From positions 441,192,001 to 441,256,000 of the forward strand of contig OZ024740.1 in assembly GCA_964016885.1 (NCBI GenBank): 64,000 nucleotides of DNA, given 5' to 3'. Shown here one piece after another: positions 52,520-63,242 of the stretch; the stretch's first letter is position 1, and each line of letters begins with the position of its first letter. This stretch comes from Eledone cirrhosa. Lineage: Eukaryota. Both the position numbers and the translations under genes were made by a program. Below the pieces are notes generated by a model that saw only the letters and a list, made by a program, of their open reading frames with translations, was not told where the DNA came from and ran no database searches.

Positions 52520-54814
52520 GGCAGGGGCCCCAGGTTATCACAGCCTGGGCCCGCTCGTCATCGTGACATTGTAATAGAGCCAAACAAGGCATTTAGTCTT
52601 GGCTGCTGGAACGTACGGACGCTGCTTGACAGGGATTCCTTGGAGCGTCCTGAACGAAGGACCGCTCTTGTTGCAAAGGAGCTTCGACGTTACGATCTTG
52701 ACATCGTGGCCTTATCTGAGACGAGGTTAGCTGGAGATGGTCATCTTACAGAATTTTGTGGAGAATATACATTCTTCTGGAAAGGAAGAGATGAAGGAAC
52801 CAGAAGAGAGGCTGGGGTAGGATTTGCTGTTAAGACTGTTCTTGTGAATAAATTAGAAGAATTCCTAGTAGGGATTAGTGAGCGTCTTATGTCCATGAGA
52901 ATTCCGCTGGACAAAGGAAGATATGCGACCCTGGTGAGTGTGTATGCTCCAACTATGAGTTCTGTCGATGAGGAAAAGGTGTCCTTTTACCATGCCTTGA
53001 AAGGTGTTTTAAGAAATATCCCTCAGGCAGACAAAGTCATCGTGCTTGGTGACTTTAATGCTAGAGTGGGTAGGGATTTTAACACATGGAATGTAATCGG
53101 AAGGCATGGGGTGGGAAAGTGTAACAACAATGGTATGCTCCTGCTGCAGATGTGTGAGGAGCTGGATCTGTATGTTACTAACACCATGTTCCAACAAAAG
53201 AACAAATTCAAGACCACATGGATGCATCCTGCATCTAAACAATGGCATCTTTTGGACTACGTCCTAGTCAGGATGCGTGACAGACAGGATGTGCAGTGTG
53301 TTCGTGCTCTTCGTGGAGCTGAGTGCTGGACGGACCACCGCCTGGTTCGCGCAAAAGTGAAACTAATCACTAAACGTAAAATCCGGGCTCCTGGTGTTGC
53401 CCTGCCCAAAAGATTGAATGCTGCTCGTCTTAAGAATAAAAATGTTAAGAGGACATTGGAAGAAGAGATGCCGGCTGCAGATCTTGGTGAGGATTGGCCG
53501 ACCCTTAAAAAGTCGGTTTATGATGTAGGCAGGCGTGTTCTGGGATTGGTGCAGAGAAAACATCAGGACTGGTTTAATGAGAATGATGTACATATAGAAG
53601 ACTTGTTGGCTGATAAGAGGCGTGCTCTGTCACGCTACTTGACGGCAAAGCAACAGGAGAGGAATACGTTGCATGATGAACTCAGGGATGTAAAATCACG
53701 TGTTAGGCGGAGTCTTTCTCAGATGAAGGATCAGTGGTGGAGTGAGAAGGCTGGTGATATACAAACTGTGTCTGATTCCAATAACACAAAGCTGTTGCAC
53801 AGTCTCTTGCGTGAGGTTTATGGACCGTCTTCTTCTCTGGTGACACCGCTTCGCAGCAAGGATGGCAAAGAACTTCTTCGTGACTCACAAGGAATTCTAC
53901 GAAGGTGGCGAGAGCACTTTGATGATCTTTTGAATCAGCCGTCTGTCGTCAGTGAAGATTTCCTCAATCCCATTCCAGAAAGTCCTGTGAAAGTAGCTCT
54001 CGCAGAACCTCTGACGCTTGTGGAGGTTGCAGTGGCTATCTCGAAGCTGAACAGTGGAAGGTCTCCAGGTATGGATGGCATACATGCTGAGCTCCTACAA
54101 TATGGTGGTGAGAGACTCCTGCAACATCTTCACTCTTTGTTTGGCAGGATATGGGCTAATGAATCCGTACCTGAGGACTGGAGAGATGCAGTAATGGTGG
54201 TCTTGTACAAGGGAAATGGTAACAGGAACGATTGTGGGAACTACAGAGGTATATCATTGCTTTCTGTCGTAGTGAAAGTGTTATGTAGGGTGCTTCTGGA
54301 CCGTAGAAAAGATAGCCCCGACAATAAACACATTAAAAGCTACAGCAATGTGGAAGACATACATATACATAATATGAAAGAGTACTGGTGGAATGTTTCA
54401 GTAAAAACTCTAATAAAATGCAAGCATAACAGACCAGATATAATATGGGACAGGGAAAAGAAGGCATGCACAGTAGTGGAAATTAGCTGCCCAGCAGATG
54501 CCAATATAATATCAAAGATTAGCGAAAAGGAGAATATCTATGCAGAACTAATGAGAAATCTACAGATACTCCACCCTGATTACACCTTCAGAATTAGGCC
54601 TGTGATTATTGGAGTACTGGGATGTGTTAGTAACTGCCTCAATACAAATCTTGAGAAGCTGGGCTTCACAGAAACAGAAAGAACACAACTAGTTAGGAAA
54701 TTACAAGTACAATACATTAATGGAACAGTAAAAATATGTACACATGTACAGATACAGAAACATATGCAGATGTACAAATATAACTCAAAACATACAGATC
54801 CACACATACAGTAA
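52520..54814 (+). CDS. Chimeric open frame: RTE/BovB AP endonuclease + linker + start of RT, fused in frame (near 54303) to an R4-type restriction-like endonuclease C-terminus
   Basis: GCWNVRTL, DIVALSETRL, SVYAPT, LGDFNARVG, LDYVL, TDHRLV, NYRGISLLS, then EYWWNV..HNRPDIIWD..VVEISCP; RT core (YADD) absent. Frame open from about 52520, track ORF from TTG at 52640. Confidence 0.8.
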   Translation, partial: GRGPRLSQPGPARHRDIVIEPNKAFSLGCWNVRTLLDRDSLERPERRTALVAKELRRYDLDIVALSETRLAGDGHLTEFCGEYTFFWKGRDEGTRREAGVGFAVKTVLVNKLEEFLVGISERLMSMRIPLDKGRYATLVSVYAPTMSSVDEEKVSFYHALKGVLRNIPQADKVIVLGDFNARVGRDFNTWNVIGRHGVGKCNNNGMLLLQMCEELDLYVTNTMFQQKNKFKTTWMHPASKQWHLLDYVLVRMRDRQDVQCVRALRGAECWTDHRLVRAKVKLITKRKIRAPGVALPKRLNAARLKNKNVKRTLEEEMPAADLGEDWPTLKKSVYDVGRRVLGLVQRKHQDWFNENDVHIEDLLADKRRALSRYLTAKQQERNTLHDELRDVKSRVRRSLSQMKDQWWSEKAGDIQTVSDSNNTKLLHSLLREVYGPSSSLVTPLRSKDGKELLRDSQGILRRWREHFDDLLNQPSVVSEDFLNPIPESPVKVALAEPLTLVEVAVAISKLNSGRSPGMDGIHAELLQYGGERLLQHLHSLFGRIWANESVPEDWRDAVMVVLYKGNGNRNDCGNYRGISLLSVVVKVLCRVLLDRRKDSPDNKHIKSYSNVEDIHIHNMKEYWWNVSVKTLIKCKHNRPDIIWDREKKACTVVEISCPADANIISKISEKENIYAELMRNLQILHPDYTFRIRPVIIGVLGCVSNCLNTNLEKLGFTETERTQLVRKLQVQYINGTVKICTHVQIQKHMQMYKYNSKHTDPHIQ

Positions 54815-54844
54815 CATCCATACCTGTACACACACACACACTCA

Positions 54845-54903
<59 letters not shown>

Positions 54904-55195
54904 GCAGACACATTTACCTAGTTGATGTAAATTTCAATGAAAGAGTCTTGTTTCTATATTAAAAACAGGCCCTCTAAAATAATAAAACCAGAATTACATA
55001 CATACATACATACACACATTCATACATACATATATACATACGTACACATACACATACATACATGCATACATACATACATACATACATACATACATACATA
55101 CATACATACATGTAGCTATTTACATCTCAATCCTTCTGAACAAACAAGCTGTTGATAGTTTTAAATGCTCTTTTTAAACCAATCTTGGTATGTGT

Positions 55196-55277
55196 GCTGT
55201 GGTGGCCGAGTGGTTAAGGCGTTGGACTTGAAATCCAATGGGCATTGCCCGCGTAGGTTCGAATACTGCCCGCAGCG
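55196..55277 (+). tRNA. tRNA-Ser(UGA), different variable arm, B-box/T-stem C61>A change
   Basis: GCTGTGGTGGCCGAGTGGTTAAGGCGTTGGACTTGAAATCCAATGGGCATTGCCCGCGTAGGTTCGAATACTGCCCGCAGCG followed by a T11 terminator. Confidence 0.82.
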
Positions 55278-55350
55278 ATTTTTTTTTTTCCATTTGCAGT
55301 TCAATATATTGTTTATTATATACATTTATACATATATATATATAAAAAAA

Positions 55351-58300
55351 AAAATGTACCACTAGAGCCGATTCCAATTTTCCCAGCCAGCCATCCATCT
55401 AATCTACGAAGGTATTTTAGCCTACATATTGTCGTTAATATTATGATGTTCCCTGCTGTATTAGCGTTAAATTTTCCCTGCTGTATTAGCGATAAATTTT
55501 CGAGGGTTTCTCTTAGTAGCTTTTTTCATGACGTTATTATTACTGATGTAGTATTAACTTATTAACTTGGATATTTACCATGCGGTATTCTAATCCTATT
55601 GTATCTCTCTCAGTTATTTACCATGCGACCCTCAGTTCCTACCTCCCCCCCCCTCTCTATGCACTTCTTTAAGGCTTACTACCCTGTCTTTAACCTAATT
55701 CATTCAATCTGAAAATATTGAAGAGATAAGACACTTTCCCATTCTTCTCTGCTAAAATGTACCACTAGAGCCGATTCCAATTTTCCCAGCCAGCCATCCA
55801 TCTAATCTACGAAGGTATTTTAGCCTACATATTGTCGTTAATATTATGATGTTCCCTGCTGTATTAGCGTTAAATTTTCCCTGCTGTATTAGCGATAAAT
55901 TTTCGAGGGTTTCTCTTAGTAGCTTTTTTCATGACGTTATTATTGTTAATTTTACTGATGTAGTATTAACTTATTAACTTGGATATTTACCATGCGGTAT
56001 TCTAATCCTATTGTATCTCTCTCAGTTATTTACCATGCGACCCTCAGTTCCTACCCCCCCCCCTCTCTATGCACTTCTTTAAGGCTTACTACCCTGTCTT
56101 TAACCTAATTCATTCAATCTGAAAATATTGAAGAGATAAGACACTTTCCCATTCTTCTCTGCTAAAATGTACCACTAGAGCCGATTCCAATTTTCCCAGC
56201 CAGCCATCCATCTAATCTACGAAGGTATTTTAGCCTACATATTGTCGTTAATATTATGATGTTCCCTGCTGTATTAGCGTTAAATTTTCCCTGCTGTATT
56301 AGCGATAAATTTTCGAGGGTTTCTCTTAGTAGCTTTTTTCATGACGTTATTATTGTTAATTTTACTGATGTAGTATTAACTTATTAACTTGGATATTTAC
56401 CATGCGGTATTCTAATCCTATTGTATCTCTCTCAGTTATTTACCATGCGACCCTCAGTTCCTACCCCCCCCCCCTCTCTATGCACTTCTTTAAGGCTTAC
56501 TACCCTGTCTTTAACCTAATTCATTCAATCTGAAAATATTGAAGAGATAAGACACTTTCCCATTCTTCTCTGCTAAAATGTACCACTAGAGCCGATTCCA
56601 ATTTTCCCAGCCAGCCATCCATCTAATCTACGAAGGTATTTTAGCCTACATATTGTCGTTAATATTATGATGTTCCCTGCTGTATTAGCGTTAAATTTTC
56701 CCTGCTGTATTAGCGATAAATTTTCGAGGGTTTCTCTTAGTAGCTTTTTTCATGACGTTATTATTGTTAATTTTACTGATGTAGTATTAACTTATTAACT
56801 TGGATATTTACCATGCGGTATTCTAATCCTATTGTATCTCTCTCAGTTATTTACCATGCGACCCTCAGTTCCTACCCCCCCCCCCCTCTCTATGCACTTC
56901 TTTAAGGCTTACTACCCTGTCTTTAACCTAATTCATTCAATCTGAAAATATTGAAGAGATAAGACACTTTCCCATTCTTCTCTGCTAAAATGTACCACTA
57001 GAGCCGATTCCAATTTTCCCAGCCAGCCATCCATCTAATCTACGAAGGTATTTTAGCCTACATATTGTCGTTAATATTATGATGTTCCCTGCTGTATTAG
57101 CGTTAAATTTTCCCTGCTGTATTAGCGATAAATTTTCGAGGGTTTCTCTTAGTAGCTTTTTTCATGACGTTATTATTGTTAATTTTACTGATGTAGTATT
57201 AACTTATTAACTTGGATATTTACCATGCGGTATTCTAATCCTATTGTATCTCTCTCAGTTATTTACCATGCGACCCTCAGTTCCTACCCCCCCCCCCCCC
57301 CTCTCTATGCACTTCTTTAAGGCTTACTACCCTGTCTTTAACCTAATTCATTCAATCTGAAAATATTGAAGAGATAAGACACTTTCCCATTCTTCTCTGC
57401 TAAAATGTACCACTAGAGCCGATTCCAATTTTCCCAGCCAGCCATCCATCTAATCTACGAAGGTATTTTAGCCTACATATTGTCGTTAATATTATGATGT
57501 TCCCTGCTGTATTAGCGTTAAATTTTCCCTGCTGTATTAGCGATAAATTTTCGAGGGTTTCTCTTAGTAGCTTTTTTCATGACGTTATTATTGTTAATTT
57601 TACTGATGTAGTATTAACTTATTAACTTGGATATTTACCATGCGGTATTCTAATCCTATTGTATCTCTCTCAGTTATTTACCATGCGACCCTCAGTTCCT
57701 ACCCCCCCCCCCTCTCTATGCACTTCTTTAAGGCTTACTACCCTGTCTTTAACCTAATTCATTCAATCTGAAAATATTGAAGAGATAAGACACTTTCCCA
57801 TTCTTCTCTGCTAAAATGTACCACTAGAGCCGATTCCAATTTTCCCAGCCAGCCATCCATCTAATCTACGAAGGTATTTTAGCCTACATATTGTCGTTAA
57901 TATTATGATGTTCCCTGGTGTATTAGCGTTAAATTTTCCCTGCTGTATTAGCGATAAATTTTCGAGGGTTTCTCTTAGTAGCTTTTTTCATGACGTTATT
58001 ATTGTTAATTTTACTGATGTAGTATTAACTTATTAACTTGGATATTTACCATGCGGTATTCTAATCCTATTGTATCTCTCTCAGTTATTTACCATGCGAC
58101 CCTCAGTTCCTACCCCCCCCCCCCCCTCTCTATGCACTTCTTTAAGGCTTACTACCCTGTCTTTAACCTAATTCATTCAATCTGAAAATATTGAAGAGAT
58201 AAGACACTTTCCCATTCTTCTCTGCTAAAATGTACCACTAGAGCCGATTCCAATTTTCCCAGCCAGCCATCCATCTAATCTACGAAGGTATTTTAGCCTA

Positions 58301-58476
58301 CATATTGTCGTTAATATTATGATGTTCCCTGCTGTATTAGCGTTAAATTTTCCCTGCTGTATTAGCGATAAATTTTCGAGGGTTTCTCTTAGTAGCTTTT
58401 TTCATGACGTTATTATTGTTAATTTTACTGATGTAGTATTAACTTGGATATTTACCATGCGACCCTCAGTTCCTAC
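55351..58476 (+). repeat. Tandem array of ~410-bp monomers (7 full + 1 partial)
   Basis: AAAATGTACCACTAGAGCC at 55351, 55754, 56164, 56575, 56987, 57402, 57813, 58227; units differ mainly in poly-C length. Confidence 0.97.
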
Positions 58477-58720
58477 TTCACAATTTCCCTCCCCCCCACC
58501 CCCACACACCACCATAGTCTATTCGACCAATCAAACCTAGCATGCCATTTCCACTGCTGCTGCTGCTACTACCTGCCTAACTAACTCTCTCCTCCTCTGG
58601 CGCATCCCAACACACCCTGCCATTACCCCACCACCACTGTCCTTCTAGCCCTCAATTTTCCCACCGTTATGGATGGATGAGCTGGGAATACACGAGCAAC
58701 TCTGAATCAATAGATGAAAT

Positions 58721-61700
58721 ATGAATCTGCGAGCTACCAAGCACCCACGTGAAGCGCCAACCCAGAGACCCTCCCCTACGAGTGTCGACAAATGCCCAAA
58801 ACTCCGAGTTGGTACCATCAATGTAGGCTCAATGAAAGGAAGAGCAGGAGAAATCGTAGAAATGCTAGAGCGAAAGGAAGTTGATGTATGCTGTGTGCAA
58901 GAGACTAGATGGAGAGGAGGGTCTGCTAGAGTCCTTGTAGGAAAAAGCCAGTGCTACAAATTTTTCTGGGTGGGAAATGACGATGGGATGGGTGGTGTAG
59001 GTATACTATTAGCTGACAAGTGGGTAGATAAAGTAATCTCAGTGTACAGGGTAAATGCAAGAATCATTAAACTCAGACTAGTCCTGAATAAGACAATTAC
59101 CACAATAATATCAGCTTACGCACCCCAATCGGGGCTGCCAGACGAACTTAAGGATAGGTTTTACGAGTCCCTAATACACACTACTGCTCTAACAGACGAC
59201 AAGGACTTCCTAATCATTGCAGGAGATTTTAACGGACATGTAGGTAAACACTGCGACGGCTTCAATAGAGTACATGGAGGCCATGGAGTTGGCACAAGGA
59301 ATGAGGAAGGATTCAGACTTCTAGAATTCTGCGACGCCAATGACATGTCGATATGTAACACAAACTTTAAAAAACCCGACAACCACCTGATCACCTATAG
59401 ATCAGGGGAGCACTCTAGTCAGTTAGATTTTATCCTCATCAGAGGACGTGACAGATGGACGGTCGTAAACACAAAAGCCTTCCCTAGTGAGGAATGTACA
59501 TCCCAACATAGCTTAGTTGTCAGCGACCTCACGGTCAGAACTAGACGAGCCCTGAAACAGAGGCCAACCTGGAGAAGAAAGATCTGGAAGCTGAAAGTCC
59601 CCTCAACCAGTAACAGATTTAAAGATATTTTACTCAACGCCTACGACAGTAAAGAAGAACAGATAGAGACATTTAACGTAGAAGAGAACTGGGAGTTCCT
59701 AAAAAATAACTTACTAGAGGCGACGGATGAGGTTTGTGGCTGGAGTAAGACCTCAAGCAGGAGGAGAGTGACTTGGTGGTGGAACAATAAGGTAGATGAA
59801 GCAGTCAAGGCCAAGAGACAGGCATGGAAAGAATGGAAGAACGGGGGGAGCAGGGTACATTACATAGAGACCAAGAGGGAAGCTAGGCGACAAGTATACT
59901 TAGCTAGGAGGGAAGCAGAGGATAGAAAATTCAAGCATGTTTTACAACGTGAGGACCAGAAACAGGAGGTATTCAAGATTGCGAGGCAGTGTGTCAGAGA
60001 TAGTTGTGATGTCATTGGAGAGAAGTGTATCCGGAATGATAAAGGTGAGCTTGCCCTCACAAGTGCTGAGAAGAAAGATGCATGGAAGAGTCATTATGAT
60101 AGATTACTAAATGAGGAGAATGCATGGGAAGAAGAGACCCTACCCCACTTAGACCCTATAGAGGGACCAGCAGTACAAGTCAGCGGCAGCGTAGTAAGTA
60201 AGGCAATCAGAGATATGAAGATAGGGAAGGCAACCGGTCCATCGGGTATAGCTGCCGAGATGCTGAAGGCATCTGGGTCTGTAGGTCACACTATAACCAC
60301 ACGTATTGTTAACCAGGTAATACTAGAGGGGGCCATACCAAAAGATTGGTGCAGTAGCATCATTGTCAACTGCTACAAAGGTAAAGGCGATGCACTAGAT
60401 AGAGGAAACTATAGAGGTATAAAGTTGATGGACCAGGTCATGAAAGTAACAGAAAGAGTTATAGCACAGCTGATTAGGGACCGGGTGAATATAGACGAGA
60501 TGCAATTTGGGTTTGTACCAGGGAAAGGCACCACTGATGCGCTCTTCCTTGTGAGGCAATTACAGGAAAAGTACCTAGCTAAAAGTAAGCCACTCTACTT
60601 GGCATTTGTCGACCTTGAGAAAGCCTTTGACAGAGTTCCACGTGCAGTAATCTGGTGGGCTCTTAGAAAACTAGGAGTAGATGAATGGCTTGTGAAAGCG
60701 GTACAAGCCATGTATAGGGGAGCAGTCAGCAAAGTTAGGATTGGCAATGAGTATAGCGAGGAATTTAGCGTACAGGTTGGGGTCCACCAGGGCTCTGTTC
60801 TTAGCCCTCTCCTGTTCATCATAGTCCTGCAGGCAATAACGGAGGAGTTTAAGACCGGATGCCCATGGGAACTCCTGTATGCTGATGACCTCGCACTCAT
60901 AGCTGAATCTATGGTAGAACTAGAGAATAAATTCCAAACCTGGAAGCAGGGACTAGAGAGAAAGGGCCTCAAAGTCAACATGACAAAGACTAAGGTCCTT
61001 ATAAGTAGACGAGAAAACAGAACCCAGATCCCCTCAGGGAAATGGCCTTGCTCAGTATGTAGGAAAGGTGTAGGTAGGAACTCCATTCTTTGCCCCAAAT
61101 GCAAACAATGGGTACACAAGAGATGTAGCGGGATCTCAGGAAGCTTAATTAAGAATGTAGGATTCACATGCAGCAGCTGTGCTGAAACAGCAAGCAAACA
61201 GCCACAGGAAACAAGTACCACCAATCTCTGGGAGGGCCCTGTAGAAACAGTAGACAGCTTCTGCTACCTAGGTGACCGAATTAGCAACGGAGGTGGGTGC
61301 TCAGAAAGTACAATAACTAGGGTAAGAACGGGATGGAAGAAGTTTAGGGAACTACTACCACTGCTAGCTGCAAAAGGCTTCTCCCTCAGAATGAAAGGCA
61401 GACTGTATGATGCGTGTATCCGAACAGCGATGTTGCATGGTAGTGAGACCTGGGCGCTGAAGGTGGAAGACTTACGTAGATTAGAGAGAAACGAAGCCTG
61501 CATGCTCCGATGGATGTGTAACAGTAATATACGTGAACGACAAAGCATAAATGAATTGAGAGAGAGACTGAGCATAAGAGGAATCAAATGCTGCGTGCAG
61601 GAGAGGCGGTTACGCTGGTATGGACATGTGATGCGTATGAAGGATGACAGCTGCATAAAAAGGTGCAGAGCACTAGAAGTTGATGGAAACCGCGGAGTGG

Positions 61701-61840
61701 GGAGACCCAAGATGACTTGGGATGAGGTGATAAAAGCCGACCTTACCCAACTACACCTCTCAAAGTCAATGACACACGACCGTGACTTCTGGCGTCACGC
61801 AGTAATACAGGGTACCCGACCTCCCATGGGTACATGCTGA
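58721..61840 (+). CDS. RTE LINE endonuclease-reverse transcriptase (1039 aa, intact) with a PHD-like Cys/His insert
   Basis: APE: GTINVG, VCCVQETRW, SAYAPQ, AGDFNGHVG, LDFIL, SQHSLV. RT: NYRGIKL, QFGF, FVDLEKAFD, GVHQGSVLSPLLF, YADD. CSVC..CPKCKQWVHKRC..CSSC; RLRWYGHVMR. Confidence 0.96.
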   Translation: MNLRATKHPREAPTQRPSPTSVDKCPKLRVGTINVGSMKGRAGEIVEMLERKEVDVCCVQETRWRGGSARVLVGKSQCYKFFWVGNDDGMGGVGILLADKWVDKVISVYRVNARIIKLRLVLNKTITTIISAYAPQSGLPDELKDRFYESLIHTTALTDDKDFLIIAGDFNGHVGKHCDGFNRVHGGHGVGTRNEEGFRLLEFCDANDMSICNTNFKKPDNHLITYRSGEHSSQLDFILIRGRDRWTVVNTKAFPSEECTSQHSLVVSDLTVRTRRALKQRPTWRRKIWKLKVPSTSNRFKDILLNAYDSKEEQIETFNVEENWEFLKNNLLEATDEVCGWSKTSSRRRVTWWWNNKVDEAVKAKRQAWKEWKNGGSRVHYIETKREARRQVYLARREAEDRKFKHVLQREDQKQEVFKIARQCVRDSCDVIGEKCIRNDKGELALTSAEKKDAWKSHYDRLLNEENAWEEETLPHLDPIEGPAVQVSGSVVSKAIRDMKIGKATGPSGIAAEMLKASGSVGHTITTRIVNQVILEGAIPKDWCSSIIVNCYKGKGDALDRGNYRGIKLMDQVMKVTERVIAQLIRDRVNIDEMQFGFVPGKGTTDALFLVRQLQEKYLAKSKPLYLAFVDLEKAFDRVPRAVIWWALRKLGVDEWLVKAVQAMYRGAVSKVRIGNEYSEEFSVQVGVHQGSVLSPLLFIIVLQAITEEFKTGCPWELLYADDLALIAESMVELENKFQTWKQGLERKGLKVNMTKTKVLISRRENRTQIPSGKWPCSVCRKGVGRNSILCPKCKQWVHKRCSGISGSLIKNVGFTCSSCAETASKQPQETSTTNLWEGPVETVDSFCYLGDRISNGGGCSESTITRVRTGWKKFRELLPLLAAKGFSLRMKGRLYDACIRTAMLHGSETWALKVEDLRRLERNEACMLRWMCNSNIRERQSINELRERLSIRGIKCCVQERRLRWYGHVMRMKDDSCIKRCRALEVDGNRGVGRPKMTWDEVIKADLTQLHLSKSMTHDRDFWRHAVIQGTRPPMGTC

Positions 61841-62752
61841 AGCATATAAACAATATGCCCCCCCCCCCCACCGCAAGGTGGTCGTGGAGGTGCCACGGCA
61901 AAAAAGCACCCAGCCCACACTGTAAAGTGGACGTGTAGGCGCCACGAAAAAGCACCCAGCACTCACTGTAAATGAGGTTGGTGTTAGGAAGGGCATCCAG
62001 CTGTAGAAATCAAGCCAGATCAGTTCCTGTATGAGCAAGGCATGGTCAGCCGACCAGACACTGCCCACAACAGGACAACCCGTCTAACCCATGCTAGCGT
62101 GGAAGAACGGACGTAAAACGGTGATGATGATGATGATGATGATGATATATATAAACAATATCTTATATTATCTTATATATATATGCTGATCTTATTGACT
62201 GATGAATAGCTCTTGTTTATTTTAACACGTCTGTTGAGAACTCTTATTCGATATGTGATTTTTTGTATTCTTACAAAATTTACACTTACTGAATTCTTTC
62301 GCCAAATATAGGGGTTCCCTCCCTTGCTGGACTACACGTGCGTTCAGTAACGGGTCCCCCTGTATTTTTGAACGAAACATCCGCTGAGAAAGCAGTTTCC
62401 ACGTTCATCTCTTTACTAGAAGTCAGATATATTTTTTTATGTGGGCTGACAGTAATTGATTAAGGAACTGCAGAAACCCAAAAAGCTAGAATTTAACATC
62501 CTTCTAGCGGGTCCGGGTGAGTTTTTACATTCATTTAATTTATTAATTTATTAATTAATTATTTGAGTGACCCGAATTTTCCTGGTCGTTTTTTTTCGGT
62601 TGTGCCTATGATTTTAGGCATCGTCTCTATGTGTTGGTATTTTAACGATAGTTATAGCTCTGGTTCATCCAAACTATTGAGCCCTCTGTCACACATGTCG
62701 AAGATTGTTTATCGTTATTTCGTTGGCCGAGATTCTGATTCTCGATTATTTA

Positions 62753-62754
<2 letters not shown>

Positions 62755-62795
<41 letters not shown>

Positions 62796-62992
62796 TAAAA
62801 TAACAGATTAAAGTTTAAGCAAAGAATCGCTGCTTTCACCCTTAACGGGATCTTCTGAAACTAACAAAGTCAATCTGTAAACGCAGAACTGGATATTTCA
62901 AAAAACGTTGCAACCGGAGGAAGACAGGAAGACGATACTTTGGTTCGTGGAAACGTTCGCTGGCTAAGGACGGGAAAAAACGAATATAATAC

Positions 62993-63039
<47 letters not shown>
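62755..63039. repeat. Two (TA)n microsatellites (about 62755-62790 and 62995-63039)
   Basis: Direct reading. Confidence 0.9.
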
Positions 63040-63041
<2 letters not shown>

Positions 63042-63187
63042 TTTTGAGTTTATGTTGGTTGTATACCAACACCTCAGTATGCAGGCTGGAGCACTCAACG
63101 AAGTGCGCAGGTTGGTTTGGTTACTCCGGAGTAGTGTAAAATAAAGTTAAATAAAAGTCAAATGATTAAAATTTAGCTTCGTTTATT

Positions 63188-63242
63188 ACTGCTATATATA
63201 TTTCAGTGACAGCCATCTTTGGCTGTGACCTCTTCAGGCAGT
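63188..63242 (-). ncRNA. Minimal type I hammerhead ribozyme motif (Penelope-like)
   Basis: Reverse complement ACTGC CTGAAGA G GTCACAGCC AAAGAT GGCTGTCAC T GAAA TATATA TA GCAGT: stem I ACTGC/GCAGT, CUGANGA core, stem II with one mismatch, GAAA, palindromic short stem III, AUA cleavage triplet; AATAAA immediately downstream. Confidence 0.75.

Larger units (their letters stand above)
55347..62146 (+). mobile_element. RTE-clade LINE, apparently full length, with a (GAT)n tail; 5' end may include the 410-bp monomer array
   Basis: Intact ORF; 3'UTR GTTAGGAAGGGCATCCAGCTGTAGAAA...AACCCATGCTAGCGTGGAAGAACGGACGTAAAACG then (GAT)n; candidate low-complexity TSD ATATATATAAA at about 55336-55346 and 62145-62155. 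Confidence 0.8.

Noticed and set aside
33813-55155. MYVC/HTYI-repeat ORFs and antisense ORFs over retroelements
   Set aside because: Translations of (TATG)n/(CA)n microsatellites, or shadows of RT genes.
62160-63150. Possible additional transposon remnant
   Set aside because: No termini, coding motif or second copy recognisable in this window.
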